Shown here piece after piece: positions 36,101 through 41,717 of a stretch of 41,717 bases of DNA (the first letter of the stretch is position 1; each line of letters starts with the position of its first letter). The notes beneath the pieces were generated by a model, which was not told the DNA's origin, searched no databases, and saw nothing but the letters and a program-made list of their open reading frames with translations. Source of the DNA: Octopus bimaculoides (taxonomy: Eukaryota); assembly GCF_001194135.2 (NCBI RefSeq), contig NC_068982.1, positions 44,553,647-44,595,363 of the forward strand. Reading direction: 5' to 3'. Both the position numbers and the translations under genes were made by a program.

Positions 36101-36559
36101 TGCCATTGTTATGTTTTTCACATGTTCTCTTTCAAGTTCTCTCCATGTTTTCTCGTCTGACACACATACCAGTCCTCTTTTCTTATTCATCTCTTTTGTC
36201 TCAATGTTTCTAATTTGTTGCATATTTTTATATCAAGCACTGTTAGCTTTCATCAATACAAATTTTATTCTGCTTGGTAAACTATACAGATGCTTTGATT
36301 TCTACTTACCTAGCAAGACCAATCTAATTTGCATAACAGTGCGTACACTGACAGCGTGAGTCAATGAATTATTTCAATAGTGCTCTAAACAGGGCGGGGG
36401 TTATAATTTGAAACGTGTGGTATATTCTTATAAATAAACGACTCCACTTCTGTTGTGAAAAGTCAAGTAAAAACGACTGTTTCATTTTGGTTGTCAGTAG
36501 ATGAGTTGTGATGTATATTATGCATATGCTGTCAAATATAGTTGAGTTTTTGTTTGTAT

Positions 36560-37880
36560 GACTTACAACTAGATATAATCCGTCCGTGGACAGAAGATGG
36601 ATACTCTGTTTCTCATGAAGGTCTAAAAGTACAGGAAACTAGTCAGATCGATTCTACTTTTTCTGACCACAGAGGGTGTGAGACACCCTCCCTAAGACTT
36701 ACATTTGCGGCATTATACTCATCCACAATAGAGAACAGAATAATACGAAAATGTAAGCACGTAATACGCAGCAGATCCGTTGTAATACACACATCAAAAG
36801 AAATTGAGAAACTAAAGGAAGACTTAGACACTAATTCCGTATTAAAATTTAACATCTAGAATGATACAAATGAAACCCCACTTTTTGATATAATCATAGA
36901 TAAAAGTATAGATAAATCACGTCAGTATATACTAACGAATCAAACAACTGAATTTAGCTACATGGAAATAGTGAATGCCAACACTACATGATATCAGTGG
37001 TAAAATCACTCCTCAGAATATCATTTATATTCTCGCCCACACACAATGCACCAGAGGAAGAAATACAAAGAATAAAACGAACATCAATTAACAACGGATA
37101 TTCTATGGCAGAATATAGACTCAAATACAATGCAACAAATACATCAGATAATACACCTAATAAAAATACGCAGTCCCCACATAAAATCTATTACAATCAA
37201 ATGCATAAAAATCTATGGAACAGACGAACTTATAATCAAAACCCTCGTAAAACGAAACACCCGACCATAAACTTAAACTAACACTATACTACAAAAACAC
37301 CAAAGCCAAAAGTTTCCTTATCAATAACACACCACAAGCATGTGAACACAAGAATAAACTACGCATGACCAACGTAATCAATAGATTTGACTGTAAAACT
37401 GAATTTTGCAAACTTCAGGATACTAGCTGTCACGTTGGGCATACTACTACAACACTCTCCCATAGCCCACTGTGCATTTACAACTTGATGCAAACCCGTA
37501 TACCTCACACCACAAAGTAAAATTCGATAAGAAAATAAATACTTAAATGGAATACTTATTAAAAACAGATGACTAATTATGGAAGCCATAGCCAAATCGC
37601 AATACAATACCAAAATCAACACATGCATCGAAAAATTGCCAAGCCGATGCTGAGATAAAAACCTAACAGTGAAAAGTTTAACCACGACAAATCAATACGT
37701 GACTGATGACGTATCAAGCTGACGGTCAACAAATCTTTGGCGGAAAAGTCTATATGAACTCAACCATTATATGAGAAAGAACAAAAATGCCAAATATATT
37801 CACTTCTTGAAAATGAGACACAGAAGGTCTGAAAACGTCGAATATGAATTTAGAAATTTTATTGTTCCATATCACCAGAC
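36560..37880 (+). mobile_element. Penelope-like element (RT C-terminus + GIY-YIG endonuclease + 3' region), decayed
   Basis: KLKEDLDTNSVLKFNI (cf. FE.NSVL.FT.E), SEC, SVVKSLL, EEIQRIKRTSINNGYS (cf. EI.RIKQ.L.NNGY), NVINRFDC...CHVGHTTTTLSH (cf. NVIY.F.C...YIG.TTTTLSRR). Boundaries approximate. Confidence 0.8.
37796..37845 (+). ncRNA. Degenerate minimal hammerhead-like motif at the PLE 3' end
   Basis: ATATTC...CTTGAAAATGA-GAC-acagaag-GTC-TGAAAACGTC-GAATAT: 6-bp stem I, 3-bp stem II, palindromic ACGT. Core boxes deviate from CUGANGA/GAAA. Confidence 0.35.
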
Positions 37881-37893
37881 CAAAAAAAAAAAA

Positions 37894-38136
37894 ATTCTTT
37901 TCTACTCTAGTCACAAGGCCCGAAATTTCTACTCTAGTCACGAGGCCCGAAATTTTGAGGGAAGGAGCCAGCCGATTAGATCGACCCCAGGACGCAACTG
38001 GTACTTAATTTAGCGATCCCGAAAGGATGAAAGGCAAAGTCGACCTCGGCTGAATTTGAGCTCAGAACGTAAAGACGGATGAAATACTGCTAAGCATTTC
38101 GCCCAGCGTGTTAACGTTTCTGCCAGCTCATCACCC
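37894..38136 (-). mobile_element. SINE family B, full length, with a 27-bp tandem duplication in the tail
   Basis: Reverse complement of the 16414 copy; TTCTACTCTAGTCAC(A/G)AGGCCCGAAAT at 37900 and 37927. Confidence 0.9.
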
Positions 38137-38206
38137 TAAACTAAGAAAATATTAGAAATATGAAATAACGGAGACAAAGCTTGAGCACAATCGTGTATTC
38201 AATGAA

Positions 38207-38211
38207 ATATG

Positions 38212-38266
<55 letters not shown>
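38207..38266. repeat. (GATA)n microsatellite
   Basis: Direct reading. Confidence 0.95.
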
Positions 38267-38267
<1 letters not shown>

Positions 38268-38493
38268 TTAAGAAAATCTCGAACGCAGAAAAATAATTGT
38301 AAAAACAGCTTTAGAAAATCAGGTAAAATATCGCTATAAACGGGAAAAAGTGGCCAGCAGCCGCCACTGAGAATAGAACTCTTTACCTCTCAAACTTCAG
38401 CGTTCCTTAATCTCTAAAAATAAGTCGCCCACTCGATGTTTCATTGTTTGTGTATGATGTGTGTGTGTGTGTGTGTGTGTGTAATGTAGTATG

Positions 38494-38670
38494 TTGGCAG
38501 AATCGTTAGCTGACCGAGCAAAATGCTTGGTAACATTTCATCCGTCTTTACGTTCTGAGTTCAAATTTCGCCGAGGTTGATAACATAAGTACCAGTTAAG
38601 CACTGGGAGTAATGTAACCGACTTGCCCGCTCCACGAACTTGCTGGCCTTGTGCCAAAATTTAAAACCAA
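38494..38670 (+). mobile_element. SINE family B with internal deletion
   Basis: TGGCAGAATCGTTAGC...GAGTTCAAATTTCGCCGAGGTTGAT jumps to AAGTACCAGT, lacking the CTTTCATCCTTTCGGGG segment. Confidence 0.85.
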
Positions 38671-39133
38671 TATGCATGTTTATGTGTGTGTGTGTGTGTG
38701 TGTGTGTGAAACAGCGCTGTGTATTAGAGCAGCCATGATGTACCAATTCAGATACAGCCTTACCAGACAGCTCAAATCATCCCAAGCAGACAACGCTATG
38801 TGTTTACACGAAAAACAAACCAACGTTCTACAATGTTACTCCAATTCATTACCGACAACTATATTATAATACCTACCACTAGCAGAGCAGCAACTGAGTT
38901 GTCACAAAACTGAACACACCTGCCTGTCTTTTACAAACAGCTCAGATCACTTTTGTTATCATTCACTTCAAAAGAACCCAGCAGTATTTATTCAGTTAGT
39001 CTCACATGAAGCACGTATTGACCATAATGAATATACAAATCGATTAACTCATTTCTGAAAGTTCTCGTAAACAGTGTTTTCTACCTCGCTTTGCATAAGC
39101 AATGTACAGAGACGTACGCATATATCTTTAATT

Positions 39134-39355
39134 TTTTACTTGTTTTAGTCGTTGGACATGAAGGACTTAGTGGAAAATATATACATAAGACAGACTTCCA
39201 CACAGTTTCCGTCTCCAAAATTCACTTACAAGGCATTCATTGACTCGGGATAATAGTAGAAGATATTTCCCCAAGATACCGCGCAGTGAGCCTGAACCCA
39301 AAACCATTTAGTTGCAAAGCGTGATTCTTAACCACACACCGATGCTCGCGCCTGT
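39134..39355 (-). mobile_element. SINE family A, head plus extreme 3' end, middle deleted
   Basis: TTTTACTTGTTTTAGTC (tail) joined via a short TA-rich tract to CAGTTTCCGTCTCCAAAATTCAC...GCCTGAACCCAAAACC (head). Confidence 0.75.
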
Positions 39356-40078
39356 AGAAATACATACATACATACATACATACATAATTACATACATACG
39401 TGCATACATTCATACATGAATAAATAATTCATGAACAGGCTTGTAGAACTTTGTGCTCATATGTCCATCTTCATTAAGGAAACATTCACGCTTCCAAATT
39501 AGCTTTTTTGACAGAAATTTCTATCCATTACTTGTATAACGTTTACCTTTCGTTTGTGTGTGTTACTATGTCTGGATATCATTTTCTTGTTGTCGAAATC
39601 GAAGCCCAACATCGTCTGTACAGCTTATCATAGCGATTAGTAGAGCTCATTGCATTTGCACTGATTTTATCGACCCAGTTCAGAACGTCATAAATAAATC
39701 TGCTACCCTGTAGTTTTGTTTATTCCATGAACTGAATTTATATGTAAGTTGCTACAATTTTCTTCAACAAACTTCTTTGAAAAGGTCTAGACTGATTATA
39801 GAATACAGAAATAAGACTTAGACAGAGACAGCTGGTATAGATTTATTCATCGGGACGTTTACTTTCCCGTGGGAGGCGTTTTGAAGTGTTTGGAAATCTG
39901 TCACATATGGAAATCTTTTGCGTGCGTTCTATATACGATATGCATGATTCATGGTGAAAAGACAATAAACACAAGGTGCAGACACGCACAATCACAGGTC
40001 CACACATGAAACGAGAAAATGGATTTTTCTTTCATGTTTATTCCATTCAAGTATGTATAAACTCAATTATAAATATGA

Positions 40079-40596
40079 NNNNNNNNNNNNNNNNNNNNNN
40101 NNNNNNNNNNNNNNNNNNNNNNNNNNNNNNNNNNNNNNNNNNNNNNNNNNNNNNNNNNNNNNNNNNNNNNNNNNNNNNNNNNNNNNNNNNNNNNNNNNNN
40201 NNNNNNNNNNNNNNNNNNNNNNNNNNNNNNNNNNNNNNNNNNNNNNNNNNNNNNNNNNNNNNNNNNNNNNNNNNNNNNNNNNNNNNNNNNNNNNNNNNNN
40301 NNNNNNNNNNNNNNNNNNNNNNNNNNNNNNNNNNNNNNNNNNNNNNNNNNNNNNNNNNNNNNNNNNNNNNNNNNNNNNNNNNNNNNNNNNNNNNNNNNNN
40401 NNNNNNNNNNNNNNNNNNNNNNNNNNNNNNNNNNNNNNNNNNNNNNNNNNNNNNNNNNNNNNNNNNNNNNNNNNNNNNNNNNNNNNNNNNNNNNNNNNNN
40501 NNNNNNNNNNNNNNNNNNNNNNNNNNNNNNNNNNNNNNNNNNNNNNNNNNNNNNNNNNNNNNNNNNNNNNNNNNNNNNNNNNNNNNNNNNNNNNNT
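40079..40596. other. Assembly gap (N)
   Basis: N run. Confidence 1.
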
Positions 40597-40864
40597 TTCG
40601 GGGGGGGGGGTTAATAGAAAACTTGACACCGCGACACTCCATAAGTCCGCAGTAATCTGATGAGTGTATTTGTGTAACAGGGGGTGAATGACTACGAGTA
40701 TATGGATGCAGTGGAGAGGGGGGAATTTATAAGTTTGCATGTATATACATATGTGTGTAGGGGGCAGGGTGTAAAAGTGATATTTTTTTGACAAAGAACA
40801 AGTATGAGTTTTGTACTGGAAAGGTCATAGTTGATTTAAGTGGGTCATTACATTACTGTGTGAA

Positions 40865-41219
40865 GGCGCATAGTTCAGTAGTTAGAGCGACGGGTTCACA
40901 ATCATGAGGTAGTGGGTTCGATTCCCGGACTGGGCTGTGTGTTGTGTTCTTGAGCAACACACTTTATTTCACGTTGCTCCAGTTCACTCAGCTGTAGAAA
41001 TGAGTTGCGATGTCACTGGTGCCAAGTTATATCAGCCTTTGCCATTCCTTTGGATAACATCGGTGGCGCGGAGATGGAAGCCTGGTATGCATGGGCAACT
41101 GCTGGTTTTCCATAAACAAACCTTGCCCAGATTTGTGCCTCGGAAGGCAGCTTTCTAGGTGCAGTCCCATGGTCATTCATGAGCGAAGGGGTCGGGGTCT
41201 TTGCCCTTTACCCTTTTAC
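40865..41219 (+). mobile_element. tRNA-derived SINE family C, full length
   Basis: GGCGCATAGTTCAGTAGTTAGAGC (A-box), GGTTCGATTCCC (B-box), core GTTGTGTTCTTGAGCAACACACTTTATTTCACG, tail ending (CCCTTTTA)2. Confidence 0.9.
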
Positions 41220-41524
41220 ATTACAGTGTGTTGTGAAGTTGTGGAAAGTTTCCGATAAATTTAATCGAGGATGCAGGTTCGATTCTCAATTGATACACTT
41301 CATTTGCTTCTCTTTCTCCACTTCTTACTCTCTTTCTCCTTTTCCTTCTTTCCTCTCCCTCCTTCTCCCCTTCGTCAGTCCCTTATATGATATTGTCAGT
41401 CGTAACCATTAGACCGAAAAGGGGGCACCTTCTCCACTTTTACATACCCTTCATAAACGACGTGAAAACGAAACATCATGGCATGGGCAAAGCTGCGGCC
41501 CGCTGAACTTACTGAATGGCACGC

Positions 41525-41597
<73 letters not shown>

Positions 41598-41605
41598 CAG
41601 TAGTA
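41525..41605. repeat. (TAG)n microsatellite
   Basis: Direct reading. Confidence 0.95.
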
Positions 41606-41717
41606 GTTAATGTTGTTATTGTTGTAGTATAGTTCTTTTGATAGGTAGAAAGAGAAACGTGAGGAGATGAAACGTGTACCGTTACCAACCTCTTTATCGC
41701 ATCGTCTATTCATTATA

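Noticed and set aside
37703-37760. CTGATGA box inside the PLE 3' region
   Set aside because: No well-placed GAAA/stem III/stem I, so not a credible hammerhead.
28236-40794. Long X-containing ORFs (up to 470 aa)
   Set aside because: Artefacts of reading through N gaps.
40865-40935. tRNA-like sequence
   Set aside because: Continues into a SINE core and tail and has no complete cloverleaf; a SINE head rather than a tRNA gene. The same applies to the other A/B-box hits.

Overview
AT-rich animal genomic DNA from a draft assembly with four N-gaps, saturated with microsatellites and transposable-element relics. The SINE families and repeat landscape look like a cephalopod (Octopus-like) genome; this is inferred from recognition, not searched. 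No complete host gene can be supported. Recognisable elements: an internally deleted mariner with intact TIRs (442-1332), a second mariner 5' fragment, a Tc1-like element with TIRs and an open 322-aa ORF lacking 15 aa of the DD34E spacer (31284-32502), a decayed hAT Buster/Charlie transposase (~7100-9323), three R4/Dong-type LINE pieces, three Tx1/L1-type pieces, a Penelope-like element (RT + GIY-YIG) with a degenerate hammerhead-like motif, a 163-bp solo LTR with 5-bp TSD, and about 17 tRNA-derived SINE copies or fragments in at least four families. Extra structure: two 18-bp hairpins, a small MITE-like unit, a hammerhead-like core at the window start, and a few weak candidate exons. Nearly all long ORFs in the supplied track are microsatellite or N-gap artefacts. 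I found no convincing wholly new biological system; the best leads concern TE biology.
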